From assembly GCA_944327465.1 (NCBI GenBank), contig CALVHH010000008.1, positions 40-64,039 on the forward strand: 64,000 nucleotides of DNA. The letters are read 5' to 3'. The notes beneath the pieces were generated by a model. That model saw only the letters and a program-made list of their open reading frames with translations, was not told where the DNA came from and searched no databases. This DNA comes from an uncultured Clostridia bacterium. Lineage in GTDB: Bacteria; Bacillota; Clostridia; Christensenellales; Borkfalkiaceae. Made by a program: the position numbers and the translations under genes. This document shows positions 38,679-48,425 of the stretch, piece after piece. Each line of letters starts with the position of its first letter. The first letter of the stretch is position 1.

Positions 38679-38714
38679 GCGCGGTTTTGTCAAATTTTTT
38701 TGACAAAACCGCGC
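38679..38714 (+). terminator. Rho-independent terminator
   Basis: GCGCGGTTTTGTCAAA-TTTT-TTTGACAAAACCGCGC followed by ATTATTTTT. Confidence 0.75.
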
Positions 38715-38734
38715 ATTATTTTTGTGCGTTGCTA

Positions 38735-38763
38735 TTGAATACGCATACATTATGTGGTACAAT
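38735..38763 (+). promoter_or_regulatory. Candidate promoter of the ABC transporter operon
   Basis: TTGAAT, 17 nt, TGgTACAAT, followed by an AT-rich leader of about 135 nt. Confidence 0.5.
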
Positions 38764-38902
38764 ATAGTCGATATAAGTTGTCTGCCTGATAATTTTTACA
38801 AAGATTTCACAATTAATAAATATTTTTTCCACTATTTTCCGCTATAATAAGTTTATATTGAGTTTATAGATATTGTCATACAAGATAAGCAGAGGTGACA
38901 TA

Positions 38903-39604
38903 ATGAGTTATTTGACGCTTACAAACGTAAATAAGGATTACAAGGTGGGCAGCGTCACGGTAAATGCCCTCAAACACGTCTCTTTCGAACTCAACGACGG
39001 TGAATTTGCCGTCGTCGTTGGCAGCTCGGGCGCAGGCAAGACTACGCTTTTGAACCTTCTCGGCGGCATGGACGGCGCCACTTCCGGCGTGATAGAGCTC
39101 GACGACAGAAAGCTGACTTCGCTCGGCAGGCGTGGTCTAACCGAATACCGCCGCAACGACGTCGGCTTCGTATTTCAGTTTTACAATCTAATGCCCAACC
39201 TCACCGCGCTTGAAAACGTCGAAATAGCGGTGGAGATCTGCAAAGACCATTTAAAGCCCGAAGAGGTGCTCTCCGAAGTCGGGCTCGCCGAGCGGCTGAA
39301 CAACTTCCCCGCCCAGCTTTCGGGCGGCGAACAGCAGCGCGTGTCCATTGCCCGCGCAATAGCCAAAAACCCCAAATTGCTGCTGTGCGACGAGCCTACG
39401 GGCGCGCTCGACTACGCGACGGGCAAAAAGATATTAAAGCTCTTGTACGACGTCTCAAAAAAGCGCAACCGCCTCGTAATAGTCGTCACGCACAACTCCG
39501 CGCTCAAGGAAATGGCGGATAAGGTCATATATATCCGCAGCGGCGAAATAGAAAGGATAGAGCACAACCCTTCGCCCAAGCCCGTCGAAGAGATAGAGTG
39601 GTAA
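38903..39604 (+). CDS. ABC transporter ATP-binding protein (MacB/FtsE-LolD type)
   Basis: 233 aa from ATG 38903. Walker [10 protein letters not shown], signature LSGGEQQR, Walker [14 protein letters not shown]-loop VVTHN. Confidence 0.85.
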   Translation: MSYLTLTNVNKDYKVGSVTVNALKHVSFELNDGEFAVVVGSSGAGKTTLLNLLGGMDGATSGVIELDDRKLTSLGRRGLTEYRRNDVGFVFQFYNLMPNLTALENVEIAVEICKDHLKPEEVLSEVGLAERLNNFPAQLSGGEQQRVSIARAIAKNPKLLLCDEPTGALDYATGKKILKLLYDVSKKRNRLVIVVTHNSALKEMADKVIYIRSGEIERIEHNPSPKPVEEIEW

Positions 39605-39617
39605 AGGGGGCGTCGCC

Positions 39618-41633
39618 ATGAAGACCTATTTAAAGACGCTGGGCAGAATGTTTTCCCATCACATAACGCGCTTTCTGTCCATAATATTCATAGTTCTGCT
39701 CGCCGTCGGCTTCTCTTCGGGCATCGGTTCGGCAAACACCAAGATAGACCGCTCGCTCAGCGACTATTATTCGGCGAACAGCGTATCAGATATAATTTTA
39801 AAGAGCAAATCCGATGACGGCTTTTCGTCGGACGACGTCGCCGCCGTCGGCGAGCTCCTCACATGCGGCGGCGTCGCTCCCAAAATAGGCACGGGCATGT
39901 CCGTCGACGTGCAGCTCGAATATCCCGACGGCAACAGCTATCTCACAAGGATATATTTTATCGACGACTTTTCGACGTCCGTCGAGGATTGGCAGATAAA
40001 CACCGCCGAAGTCATCTCATCGGTGACCGTAGGCGAGGACGACATAGCCGCCTACGCTCAGCAGTCCAACCGCGCGCTTGCGGGCGTTGCCGAAGGCAGC
40101 GAGCTTACTATAGATTTTGTCGACATCCTCGACCAACTGTCCGTACAGGACACGGGCGAGGGGTTGGATGATACGACAAAGAACCTCATCGAGATGTTCC
40201 TGCCCGAAGAGGACAGAATAAAGCAGGTCACCATAGCGGGCACCATACAGTCGCCCTTAATGTTCGCCTTCGACGGCGAGCCCAGCTACGTCAACGGCGA
40301 GGACGCCGAAATACCCGAAACGGGAACGGGGCTTGGCGAGCTCGTCACAATACAGAACGCCATATGGCTGTCTTCGGACATAATACCCTCGCTTATGGGC
40401 AATGCGCTGCTGCCCACGGGCGATATGTATATATCGCTTTCCCCACAGGACCACGGCGGTATATTCACCGAAGAATACAAGGAATATATCGAAGGCGCCT
40501 CCGAAGAGCTCGCCGCGCTGTTCACTCCTCAGCCCGCAGAGGGAGAGGTGGCGGAAAGTACCGTGCAGATAATCGACCTCTACGATAACTTCTCGTTCTA
40601 TTCGCTGCACAGCTATTCGCAAAAGGTGCAGGCGCTCGGCTGGGTGCTCGTCGTCGCGTTCATCTTCGTAACGGCGCTCGTAGTATTTTCAAACGTGTCA
40701 AGGCTGATGGAGGAGGAGCGCGGTCAGGTCGCCTGCCTGCGCACGCTCGGCTATTCGGCATTCAAAATAATCTTCAAATACGCGCTGTTTGCAGCCATTG
40801 CCACGGGCATAGGCGGCGTCGCGGGCTATTTCGTCGGCTCGGGCGTGTCGATATTCGTGTTCGAAGTGTTCGGCTATTCCTACGCCATGCCGCCCATGTC
40901 GGGCTACTTCGACGTGACCTTCTTCCTCATCGTGTTCTGCATAATAGTGGCGGCTATTATGTTTGCAACGCTCTTTTCGGGCATAAAAATGACCACGGAA
41001 ACGCCCGCAAACCTTCTCCGTCCCAAGCCCCCCAAGGCGGGCAAAAAGGTAATATTCGAGCACATCCCGTGGCTATGGAACCTGCTCTCGTTCAAGTATA
41101 AATCCACCGTGCGCAACGTGCTGCGCTACCGTAGCAGGTTTTTAATGACCGTAATATCCGTGGCGATCTCCATGGCGCTGGTCATGGGCGGGCTCGCAAT
41201 ACTCGATTTGTGTACTACGGGGCTCATACAGTCCGATTCGATAATAGGCATAGCCATAATGATAATAGCCTTTGCCGGGCTGCTCACCGCGGTGGTGGTG
41301 TACACGCTCACAAACATCAACATAAGCGAGCGCAACCGCGAACTGGCAACGCTCATGGTGCTGGGCTATCACGACGGCGAAGTTTCGGGCTATATATACC
41401 GCGAAATATACATCGACGCCCTCGTCGGCATAATATTCGGCTATCCGCTCGCCGCGCTGCTCATCTGGGTGGTGTTCACAATGATAGGGATCGGCACTCT
41501 CGGCGGAATAAGCTGGTATATGTGGCTTGCCGCTCCCTGCGTCGTGGCGCTGTTCACCTGGCTGGTGACTATATTGCTTCGCCGCAAGATAGTGCGCATA
41601 GACATGAACGAGAGCCTGAAAGCCATCGAGTGA
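39618..41633 (+). CDS. ABC transporter permease with two FtsX-type domains
   Basis: 671 aa. TM1, a large extracytoplasmic domain of about 300 aa, then two 3-4 TM FtsX-like blocks. Confidence 0.8.
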   Translation: MKTYLKTLGRMFSHHITRFLSIIFIVLLAVGFSSGIGSANTKIDRSLSDYYSANSVSDIILKSKSDDGFSSDDVAAVGELLTCGGVAPKIGTGMSVDVQLEYPDGNSYLTRIYFIDDFSTSVEDWQINTAEVISSVTVGEDDIAAYAQQSNRALAGVAEGSELTIDFVDILDQLSVQDTGEGLDDTTKNLIEMFLPEEDRIKQVTIAGTIQSPLMFAFDGEPSYVNGEDAEIPETGTGLGELVTIQNAIWLSSDIIPSLMGNALLPTGDMYISLSPQDHGGIFTEEYKEYIEGASEELAALFTPQPAEGEVAESTVQIIDLYDNFSFYSLHSYSQKVQALGWVLVVAFIFVTALVVFSNVSRLMEEERGQVACLRTLGYSAFKIIFKYALFAAIATGIGGVAGYFVGSGVSIFVFEVFGYSYAMPPMSGYFDVTFFLIVFCIIVAAIMFATLFSGIKMTTETPANLLRPKPPKAGKKVIFEHIPWLWNLLSFKYKSTVRNVLRYRSRFLMTVISVAISMALVMGGLAILDLCTTGLIQSDSIIGIAIMIIAFAGLLTAVVVYTLTNINISERNRELATLMVLGYHDGEVSGYIYREIYIDALVGIIFGYPLAALLIWVVFTMIGIGTLGGISWYMWLAAPCVVALFTWLVTILLRRKIVRIDMNESLKAIE

Positions 41634-41690
41634 TTCGGTATATCCGTGCAAGGCGCAATGCCTATACTTTTTCATATTTTCTCTTTTCGG

Positions 41691-41717
41691 GGCAGCCCGC
41701 GTTTATCGCGGGCTGCC
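41691..41717 (+). terminator. Terminator 1 after the ABC operon
   Basis: GGCAGCCCGCG-TTTAT-CGCGGGCTGCC then TTCGTTTT. Confidence 0.65.
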
Positions 41718-41727
41718 TTCGTTTTGC

Positions 41728-41758
41728 GCGCCCGCCGCACGGCAAGCGCGGCGGGCGC
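41728..41758 (+). terminator. Terminator 2 (tandem)
   Basis: GCGCCCGCCGC-9 nt-GCGGCGGGCGC then TTTT. Confidence 0.65.
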
Positions 41759-41853
41759 TTTTCGGCAACATACCGCCTTTTTCGGCGCGATTTTACAAAT
41801 TTTTCGCCTCATGGCATGCTATCATACGTGTAAACGTAAGGAGGAACAGACTG

Positions 41854-42162
41854 GTGAAGACAGAGTGGACCCGCTCGGACGGCGTGCTGAAAATAAAACT
41901 TTACGGCGATATGGACGAATATACCGCCCCTGCCGTACGCGCCGAGTGCGACAGGCTTATCGACCGCAATCAGGGTGTGCGCAAGGTGATAATAAACCTT
42001 GCCGAAGTGGCGTTCATGGACTCCACGGGCATAGGCTTTCTGATAGGCAGGTACAAAAGAGCTCAGCGCTGCGGTATGCAGCTCATGGTCGAGCGTCCGA
42101 ATTTTGCCGCCGACAAAGTGCTGTCGGTCAGCGGTATCTATTCACTCATTCCACGGGTATAA
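41854..42162 (+). CDS. spoIIAA: Anti-sigma-F factor antagonist (STAS domain)
   Basis: 102 aa. GTG start after AAGGAGG. STAS motif with phosphorylatable Ser (AFMDSTGIG). First gene of the spoIIA-type operon. Confidence 0.85.
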   Translation: MKTEWTRSDGVLKIKLYGDMDEYTAPAVRAECDRLIDRNQGVRKVIINLAEVAFMDSTGIGFLIGRYKRAQRCGMQLMVERPNFAADKVLSVSGIYSLIPRV

Positions 42163-42166
42163 AGGT

Positions 42167-42607
42167 ATGACAAACAACTATTTAAAACTTCAGTTCTATT
42201 CGCTGCCCCAAAACCAGGCGTTCGCGCGCGATGCGGTCGCCGCGTTCTGCGTCGACCTCAATCCCTCGCTCGCCGTGCTTTCGGACATCAAGACCGCCGT
42301 ATCCGAAGCTGTTACAAACTGCACCGTGCATGCGTACAGAGGCAATCTCGGCATGATAACCGTCGAATGCGAAATCGAGGACAAATCGCTACATATCAAG
42401 GTCAGCGACACGGGCAGGGGCATAGACGACATCGAAAAAGCCGTCCGCCCGTTCTTTACCACGCTGCCCGGCGACGAGCGCTCGGGCATGGGCTTTACCA
42501 TAATGCAGACTTTTATGGACGAATTCAAAGTCAATTCCATAAAGGGTGAGGGAACCGTCGTGTACATGACCAAACAACTTGACCCGGAAGTAGTGGAGAA
42601 TGTTTGA
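42167..42607 (+). CDS. spoIIAB: Anti-sigma-F factor (serine kinase)
   Basis: 146 aa from ATG 42167. HATPase_c motifs (EAVTNCTVHAY, DTGRGI, GMGFTIM). Confidence 0.85.
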   Translation: MTNNYLKLQFYSLPQNQAFARDAVAAFCVDLNPSLAVLSDIKTAVSEAVTNCTVHAYRGNLGMITVECEIEDKSLHIKVSDTGRGIDDIEKAVRPFFTTLPGDERSGMGFTIMQTFMDEFKVNSIKGEGTVVYMTKQLDPEVVENV

Positions 42608-43340
42608 CATCGAGTCGACCAACGCATACATCGACGCAGCCAAGGCGGGCGACGCCGCCGCCAAGGAAAAGCTTTTAAGCGACAACTTAAATTTAATAAA
42701 ATCCATAGTCCGCCGCTATCTCAACAAGGGAGTGGAATACGACGACCTCATCCAGCTCGCCGGCATGGGGCTTTTAAAGGCGATCAACGGCTTCGATAAA
42801 TCGTACGGCGTGCGCTTTTCCACCTACGCCGTGCCCATGATAGCCGGCGAAATAAAGCGCTTCATGCGCGACGACGGCTCCATAAAGGTCAGCCGTTCGT
42901 TAAAGGCTGCGGCAAAGCGCATAAACGAATATGTCGAAGAATACGCCGCCGAACACGGCGTTCAGCCCACCGTAAGGCAGATATCCCAAAAATTTTCCAT
43001 ACCGCCCTCCGAGGTGGTCTTCACCATGGGCTCCTCGCGCATGCCCCTTTCGCTCTTTGCGCAGTCTGACTACAAGGACGAAAAATCGCAGTTTTTGATA
43101 GATAAACTGTCCGTGGGCGACGATTCCGAAAGCCTCATCGAAAATTTAGAGCTGAGAACGGCTATTTCCGAACTGCCCGAGCGCGAAAAAAAGGTAATAA
43201 TGCTGCGCTACTTCCGCGATATGACGCAGGCTGAAGTCGCCGCCATGCTCGGCGTCTCGCAGGTGCAGATATCGCGCATAGAAAATAAAGTTATGCAGAC
43301 CTTCCGCAAAAAGCTGTCCTACGGCGTTGATACCGGTTAA
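42600..43340 (+). CDS. sigF: Sporulation sigma factor SigF
   Basis: 246 aa. Regions 2-4 of a sigma-70 family protein (DLIQLAGMGLLKAINGFD, FSTYAVPMIAGEIKRFMRD, C-terminal HTH). Third gene after spoIIAA/AB, overlapping by 8 nt. Confidence 0.85.
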   Translation: MFDIESTNAYIDAAKAGDAAAKEKLLSDNLNLIKSIVRRYLNKGVEYDDLIQLAGMGLLKAINGFDKSYGVRFSTYAVPMIAGEIKRFMRDDGSIKVSRSLKAAAKRINEYVEEYAAEHGVQPTVRQISQKFSIPPSEVVFTMGSSRMPLSLFAQSDYKDEKSQFLIDKLSVGDDSESLIENLELRTAISELPEREKKVIMLRYFRDMTQAEVAAMLGVSQVQISRIENKVMQTFRKKLSYGVDTG

Positions 43341-43362
43341 AATCTTTTTGCCTATCCGCCCC

Positions 43363-43391
43363 TTTACAATTGTGCCGCGGTGTGCTATAAT
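43363..43391 (+). promoter_or_regulatory. Promoter of the aminotransferase gene
   Basis: TTTACA, 17 nt, TGcTATAAT. Confidence 0.6.
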
Positions 43392-43420
43392 GTAAAGGTA
43401 AACGCAAAAGGAGCTTGCTT

Positions 43421-44620
43421 ATGATAAATCAGAAAAGCGTACAACTCGGTTCCGTCCGCTCGGTCATACGCGAACTTTTTGAATACGGCAAAAAGCGCAA
43501 GGCGCAGATAGGCGAAGACAACGTATTCGACTTCTCTCTCGGCAATCCCTCTGTGCCTCCGCCCGCGCAGGTCGAAGAGGCGCTTGAAAATGTGTTAAAA
43601 ACCCGCGACCCGGTGCAAGTCCACGGCTACACTTCCGCCCAGGGCGACGCCTCGGTGCGCTCGGCTATAGCCGGGTACATATCAAAAAATTACGGCGTGC
43701 CCCAGACTGCCGACCTCATCTACATGACCTGCGGCGCGGCTGCTTCGCTCGCCATAACGTTCAACGCCCTTCTCAATGCGGGCGACGAGGTCATAACCAT
43801 AGCGCCATACTTCCCCGAATACAAGGTGTTCTGCGAGCATGCGGGCGGCGTCCTCGTGCCCGTAAAGGGGGAGGCGGGCACCTTTCAGCCCGATATCGCC
43901 GCCGTCAGGGCTGCCATAACGCCAAAGACGAAGGCGGTGCTCATAAATTCCCCCAACAACCCTTCGGGCGTCGTTTATAGCGAAGAGCGCATAACGCAGC
44001 TATGTAAGGTATTAAAGGAATGTAAGGAAAGAGGGCAGACAATATACTTGATCGCCGATGAGCCCTACCGCGAGCTGGTGTTCGGCGGCGTAAAGGTGCC
44101 GTATATCATGAACTACTACGATGAAAGCATCGTGTGCTATTCCTTTTCCAAGTCGCTCTCGCTGCCCGGCGAAAGGATAGGCTATATAGCCATAGCCCCG
44201 GCCATGCGCAACGCGGGCGAGGTGTACGCTGCCGTGTGCGGTGCGGGCAGGGCGCTGGGCTATGTGTGTGCGCCCGCGCTCTTTCAGCTCATCATTCCCG
44301 AAGTGCTGGGGCTGACCGCCGATATTTCGGTGTACGAGCGCAACCGCGATACGCTCTCTGCCGCCCTCGAAAGCTACGGCTTCACCGTCGTCCGTCCCGA
44401 CGGCGCGTTCTACCTGTTCGTGCAGTCGCCCGAACCCGATTCCGACGCCTTCGCCGAACGCGCAAAGGAGCACGAACTTTTAATAGTTTCGGCAAAGTCG
44501 TTCGGAGTGGAAGGGTATGTCCGCATATCCTATTGCGTCTCTCCCGAAATGATAGCCCGCTCGCTGCCCGCGTTCAGGGCGCTCGCTTTGAGCTATGGTT
44601 TAAAGCGCGACAAAAAGTAA
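43421..44620 (+). CDS. Class I/II PLP-dependent aminotransferase (aspartate/aromatic type)
   Basis: 399 aa from ATG 43421 (AAGGAG SD). NPSGVVYS and the PLP-lysine motif YSFSKSLSLPGERIGY. Confidence 0.8.
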   Translation: MINQKSVQLGSVRSVIRELFEYGKKRKAQIGEDNVFDFSLGNPSVPPPAQVEEALENVLKTRDPVQVHGYTSAQGDASVRSAIAGYISKNYGVPQTADLIYMTCGAAASLAITFNALLNAGDEVITIAPYFPEYKVFCEHAGGVLVPVKGEAGTFQPDIAAVRAAITPKTKAVLINSPNNPSGVVYSEERITQLCKVLKECKERGQTIYLIADEPYRELVFGGVKVPYIMNYYDESIVCYSFSKSLSLPGERIGYIAIAPAMRNAGEVYAAVCGAGRALGYVCAPALFQLIIPEVLGLTADISVYERNRDTLSAALESYGFTVVRPDGAFYLFVQSPEPDSDAFAERAKEHELLIVSAKSFGVEGYVRISYCVSPEMIARSLPAFRALALSYGLKRDKK

Positions 44621-44624
44621 AGAT

Positions 44625-44655
44625 GTGCCGCCCGCAGCACAGCTGCGGGCGGCAC
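44625..44655. terminator. Bidirectional terminator
   Basis: GTGCCGCCCGCAGC-ACA-GCTGCGGGCGGCAC between convergent genes, with a T run downstream. Confidence 0.75.
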
Positions 44656-44666
44656 TATATTATTTT

Positions 44667-46046
44667 TCAATCAACGTATTTTTTGAGCCGTCTTTTAATA
44701 GATTTAAGGTTCTGTTTTACGCTCTCGGGCGAAGCTCCGCCGAACGACGAGCGCGCCTCGGCGCACGATTTGCCCTTTACCACGTCGCATATGTCGTCGC
44801 CGAACTCGGGCGCGAACTGCCTGTAATCTTCGGCAGACATATTCTGCAGCGTGCGACCGGTTTCAATGCATCGGCGCACTATCCTGCCCGTCACGCCGTG
44901 TGCGGTGCGGAATGGCACGCCCTTTTTTGCAAGGTAGTCGGCAACGTCGGTCGCGCAGCAGAATTCGGCTTCGGCTGCCTTTGCCATGCGCTTTTTGTTC
45001 AGCTTTATCGAAGGCAGCATCTCCGCCATTATGTTTAAGCAGTTTATCGTCTGCTTCTCGGCGTCGAAAAATCCCTCCTTGTCCTCCTGCAAGTCCTTGT
45101 TGTAGGCAAGCGGAATGGCTTTTATCGTCGTCAGCAGCGCCATAAGGTGCCCGTATACCCTGCCCGTCTTGCCGCGCATCAGTTCGGGTATGTCGGGGTT
45201 CTTCTTCTGCGGCATTATCGATGAGCCCGTCGAATACTCGTCGGCTATTTCAAAGTATCCGAACTCTTCGGTGGAATACAGTATTATGTCCTCGCACAAC
45301 CGCGAAAGGTGGCTCATTATCATCGAGCAGTCGAACAGGAACTCCGCAACAAAATCGCGATCCGAAACTCCGTCCAGCGAATTTTCGCACGGCATGTCAA
45401 ATTCCAGCAGTTCGCAAGTCAGGTCGCGGTCTATGGGGTACGAAGTGCCCGCCAGCGCTCCGCTGCCAAGCGGCATTACGTTCGCCCTGTCGCGTGAAGC
45501 CCTCACGCGGTCCATGTCGCGCAGAAACATCTCCGAATACGCGTTGAAAAAGTGCCCCGCACACATGGGCTGTGCCTTTCTCAGGTGGGTGTATCCCGGC
45601 ATTATCAGTTTGAGCCCTTCGCTCGCCTTCAGGCACAGGCTGTCTACCAGCCATGCCAGGCTCTCGGTCAGGCAGTCGAACGCGTTGCGCGCATACAGCC
45701 TGAAGTCCGTCGCCACCTGATCGTTGCGCGAGCGCGCCGTGTGCAGCTTCTTGCCCGCTTCGCCAATGCGCTCTACCAGCTTGTTTTCCACAAACGAGTG
45801 TATGTCCTCGGCGCCCTCAATTTCCAGCTTGCCTGCGGCAATATCGTCGGCTATTGAGTTCAGTCCGTCGCATATCAGCTTGCTCTCCTGTTCGGTTATA
45901 ATGCCGCAGCTGCCCAGCATCGTGGCGTGCGCTATCGAAGCGGCTATATCCACCGCCCACAGCCGGCAGTCAAAGGGCAGCGAATCGTTGAACATGTCCG
46001 CGTTTTTCGCGGTGGGCGCGTCAAACCGCCCTTCCCATAGTTTCAT
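44667..46046 (-). CDS. argH: Argininosuccinate lyase
   Basis: 459 aa from ATG 46046 (MKLWEGRFD...). Fumarate-lyase signature GSSIMPQKKNPD. Confidence 0.9.
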   Translation of the reverse strand: MKLWEGRFDAPTAKNADMFNDSLPFDCRLWAVDIAASIAHATMLGSCGIITEQESKLICDGLNSIADDIAAGKLEIEGAEDIHSFVENKLVERIGEAGKKLHTARSRNDQVATDFRLYARNAFDCLTESLAWLVDSLCLKASEGLKLIMPGYTHLRKAQPMCAGHFFNAYSEMFLRDMDRVRASRDRANVMPLGSGALAGTSYPIDRDLTCELLEFDMPCENSLDGVSDRDFVAEFLFDCSMIMSHLSRLCEDIILYSTEEFGYFEIADEYSTGSSIMPQKKNPDIPELMRGKTGRVYGHLMALLTTIKAIPLAYNKDLQEDKEGFFDAEKQTINCLNIMAEMLPSIKLNKKRMAKAAEAEFCCATDVADYLAKKGVPFRTAHGVTGRIVRRCIETGRTLQNMSAEDYRQFAPEFGDDICDVVKGKSCAEARSSFGGASPESVKQNLKSIKRRLKKYVD

Positions 46047-46068
46047 ATGCAAAAACCTCTGCAAAAAA

Positions 46069-46097
46069 TTGACTTAAAATCTATTTCATTATATAAT
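46069..46097 (+). promoter_or_regulatory. Consensus sigma-A promoter of ruvC
   Basis: TTGACT, 17 nt, TATAAT. Confidence 0.65.
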
Positions 46098-46143
46098 ATT
46101 CAAGTCAACTAAGCAAGTCAATTTACGAAAGACGGGCAAAATA

Positions 46144-46641
46144 ATGATAATTTTGGGCATAGACCCCGGCTACGGCACTATGGGCTACGGGGTGATAGAA
46201 AAACTCGATAACGGCAACGTGGTGCCCGTCGACTACGGCGTGGTAAAGACGCCCTCCAACGAAAGTTTCCCCGTCCGCCTCGCCATGCTCGAAGAGGGGC
46301 TCAACAGGATATACCAAAAATTCTCCCCCGCCGAGATAGCGGTGGAGGAGCTGTTCTTCACAAAGAACATCACCACAGGCATACCCGTTGCCCACGCAAG
46401 GGGAGTAATTCTCGTGTCCGCAATAAAGTACTGCGGCAGACTCTTCGAATACACCCCTATGCAGATAAAGCAGGCGCTCACGGGCTACGGCAGGGCAGAC
46501 AAGGTGCAGATGATGAACGTGGTGACTTCGCTTCTGCATTTAAAATCGGTGCCCCGCCCCGACGACGCCGCCGACGCGCTCGCGGTGGCGCTCTGCCACG
46601 CGCACACAAACAGGTTTGGCGACATGTTCGGCATAAAGTGA
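46144..46641 (+). CDS. ruvC: Crossover junction endodeoxyribonuclease RuvC
   Basis: 165 aa. MIILGIDPGYGTMGYG, EELFF and the C-terminal DDAADALAVALCH catalytic acidic residues. Confidence 0.9.
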   Translation: MIILGIDPGYGTMGYGVIEKLDNGNVVPVDYGVVKTPSNESFPVRLAMLEEGLNRIYQKFSPAEIAVEELFFTKNITTGIPVAHARGVILVSAIKYCGRLFEYTPMQIKQALTGYGRADKVQMMNVVTSLLHLKSVPRPDDAADALAVALCHAHTNRFGDMFGIK

Positions 46642-46678
46642 CGGGCGCAAGGTTTGCCGCGTACTCAAAGGTTTTTTT

Positions 46679-47272
46679 ATGATAGGATATTTAAAAGGTA
46701 AATTGCTGTATTCCACCGCCGATACCGCGGTAATAGAAGTCAACGGCGTCGGGTACGAGGTGTATTGCTCGGCTTCGGCATTTTCAAAGATGACGGCGGG
46801 CGGCACGTGCGAAGTATACACTTATCTGCAGATAAGCGAACAGAACGGCGCGGTGCTTTACGGCTTTTCCTCGGTAGAGGAAAAAAATATGTTTTTAAAG
46901 CTGATATCCGTCTCGGGCGTCGGTCCCAAGATGGGCATAGCCGTGCTCTCCGCCATGGACAGTTCGTCGCTCGCGGCTGCCATAGCCATGCAGGACGTAA
47001 AGCGGCTGTCGTCTGTCAAGGGGTTGGGCAAAAAGACTGCCGAAAGAATAATATTGGAGCTGCGCGAAAAGGTGGGCGCCGTGGCGCAGTCCGCCGGGAC
47101 CGCGGCAGCCGCTCCGCTGCCCGCCGTCGCCGAAGGCGACGAGGACGCCATAGTTGCGCTGCAGACGCTCGGATTCAGCCGCGCCGAGAGCGTAAAGGCA
47201 GTCGCCGCGGCAAAACAGCGCGGCGCCGAAGGCATCGAAGAGATAATAATGCAGGCGCTTAAAACGATGTAG
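46679..47272 (+). CDS. ruvA: Holliday junction DNA helicase RuvA
   Basis: 197 aa. MIGYLKGKL...GVGYEV OB fold, and the HhH pair LISVSGVGPKMG / VKGLGKKTAERI. Confidence 0.9.
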   Translation: MIGYLKGKLLYSTADTAVIEVNGVGYEVYCSASAFSKMTAGGTCEVYTYLQISEQNGAVLYGFSSVEEKNMFLKLISVSGVGPKMGIAVLSAMDSSSLAAAIAMQDVKRLSSVKGLGKKTAERIILELREKVGAVAQSAGTAAAAPLPAVAEGDEDAIVALQTLGFSRAESVKAVAAAKQRGAEGIEEIIMQALKTM

Positions 47273-47295
47273 CGGACGGCAAATGAGGAGCAATC

Positions 47296-48366
47296 ATGTT
47301 TTTTGACGACGAAGAATACTCAACTCAAGACGACGAACGGCTGGTTCAGTCCACCAGGGGCGAATACGACGTGGAAGAAAACGTCCTGCGCCCCAAGACC
47401 ATGGAGGGCTACGTCGGTCAGACCAAAGTCAAGGAAAACCTTACCGTGTACATGGACGCTGCCAAAAAGAGGGGCGAAGTGCTTGAACACGTCCTTTTGT
47501 ACGGTGCGCCGGGCTTGGGCAAGACTACGCTCGCCCATATAATAGCCAACGAAATGGGCGGTCAGCTCAAAATGACTTCGGCTCCCGCAATCGAGCGCAG
47601 CGGCGACCTCGCCGCAATACTCACCAACCTCAACGAAGGCGACGTGCTGTTCATAGACGAAATACACCGCCTCAACCACAGCGTGGAAGAAATTTTATAT
47701 TCGGCTATGGAGGACTACGCCCTCGACATAATAGTCGGCAAGGGACCTTCGGCGCGCAATATACGCTTTTCGCTGAAGAGGTTTACCCTCATAGGCGCCA
47801 CCACCCGCGCAGGCATGATATCAAATCCGCTGCGCGACCGCTTCGGCATAGTCTGCCGGTTAGAGATGTATTCCCCGCAGGAGCTCAAGGAGATAGTCGT
47901 CCGCTCGGCGCGTACGCTCGGCATAGCCATAGATGACGACGCCGCTTCTGAAATTTCCAAGCGCTCACGCGGCACGCCAAGGATAGCTAACCGCCTTTTA
48001 AAGCGCGTGCGCGACTTTTCCACCGTCGGCGGCAGCCACTCGGTCAGCCTTGCCGACGCCCGCTTCGCCCTCGGCAGAATGGAGATAGACGAGCTCGGTC
48101 TCGACGACGTCGACCGCAACCTGCTGAAGGCGATGATCGAAAAATTCGACGGCAGACCCGTCGGGCTCGAAACGCTTGCGGCTACGATAAACGAGGACGC
48201 GGGCACCATAGAAGACGTATACGAACCCTACCTTCTGCAGCTCGGCTTCATAGCCCGCACGCCCCGCGGCAGGGTGATACTCAAGGGCGGCTATGCCCAC
48301 CTCGGCTACACGCCCACGGCAGCCCAGTCGCAGCAGATAACTCTATTCGATAAAAAGGAAGAATAA
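47296..48366 (+). CDS. ruvB: Holliday junction DNA helicase RuvB
   Basis: 356 aa. AAA+ Walker [10 protein letters not shown], Walker [10 protein letters not shown], sensor GATTRAG. Confidence 0.95.
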   Translation: MFFDDEEYSTQDDERLVQSTRGEYDVEENVLRPKTMEGYVGQTKVKENLTVYMDAAKKRGEVLEHVLLYGAPGLGKTTLAHIIANEMGGQLKMTSAPAIERSGDLAAILTNLNEGDVLFIDEIHRLNHSVEEILYSAMEDYALDIIVGKGPSARNIRFSLKRFTLIGATTRAGMISNPLRDRFGIVCRLEMYSPQELKEIVVRSARTLGIAIDDDAASEISKRSRGTPRIANRLLKRVRDFSTVGGSHSVSLADARFALGRMEIDELGLDDVDRNLLKAMIEKFDGRPVGLETLAATINEDAGTIEDVYEPYLLQLGFIARTPRGRVILKGGYAHLGYTPTAAQSQQITLFDKKEE

Positions 48367-48425
48367 AATTATTTCGGCGGCTTATAATTCATGAAAGCTT
48401 GGGCTTTCAATTCATTTTACAGGTC

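Noticed and set aside
41770-41853. Sigma-H promoter and Spo0A boxes upstream of spoIIAA
   Set aside because: They are expected from Bacillus biology, but I could not find a convincing RNAGGAWWW/RNNGAAT pair or TGTCGAA boxes by eye.
46085-46105. ArgR/AhrC ARG box upstream of argH (TTCATTATATAATATTCA)
   Set aside because: Only one ATTCA half-site fits. The sequence is not the TGAAT-N8-ATTCA palindrome and coincides with the ruvC -10 region.
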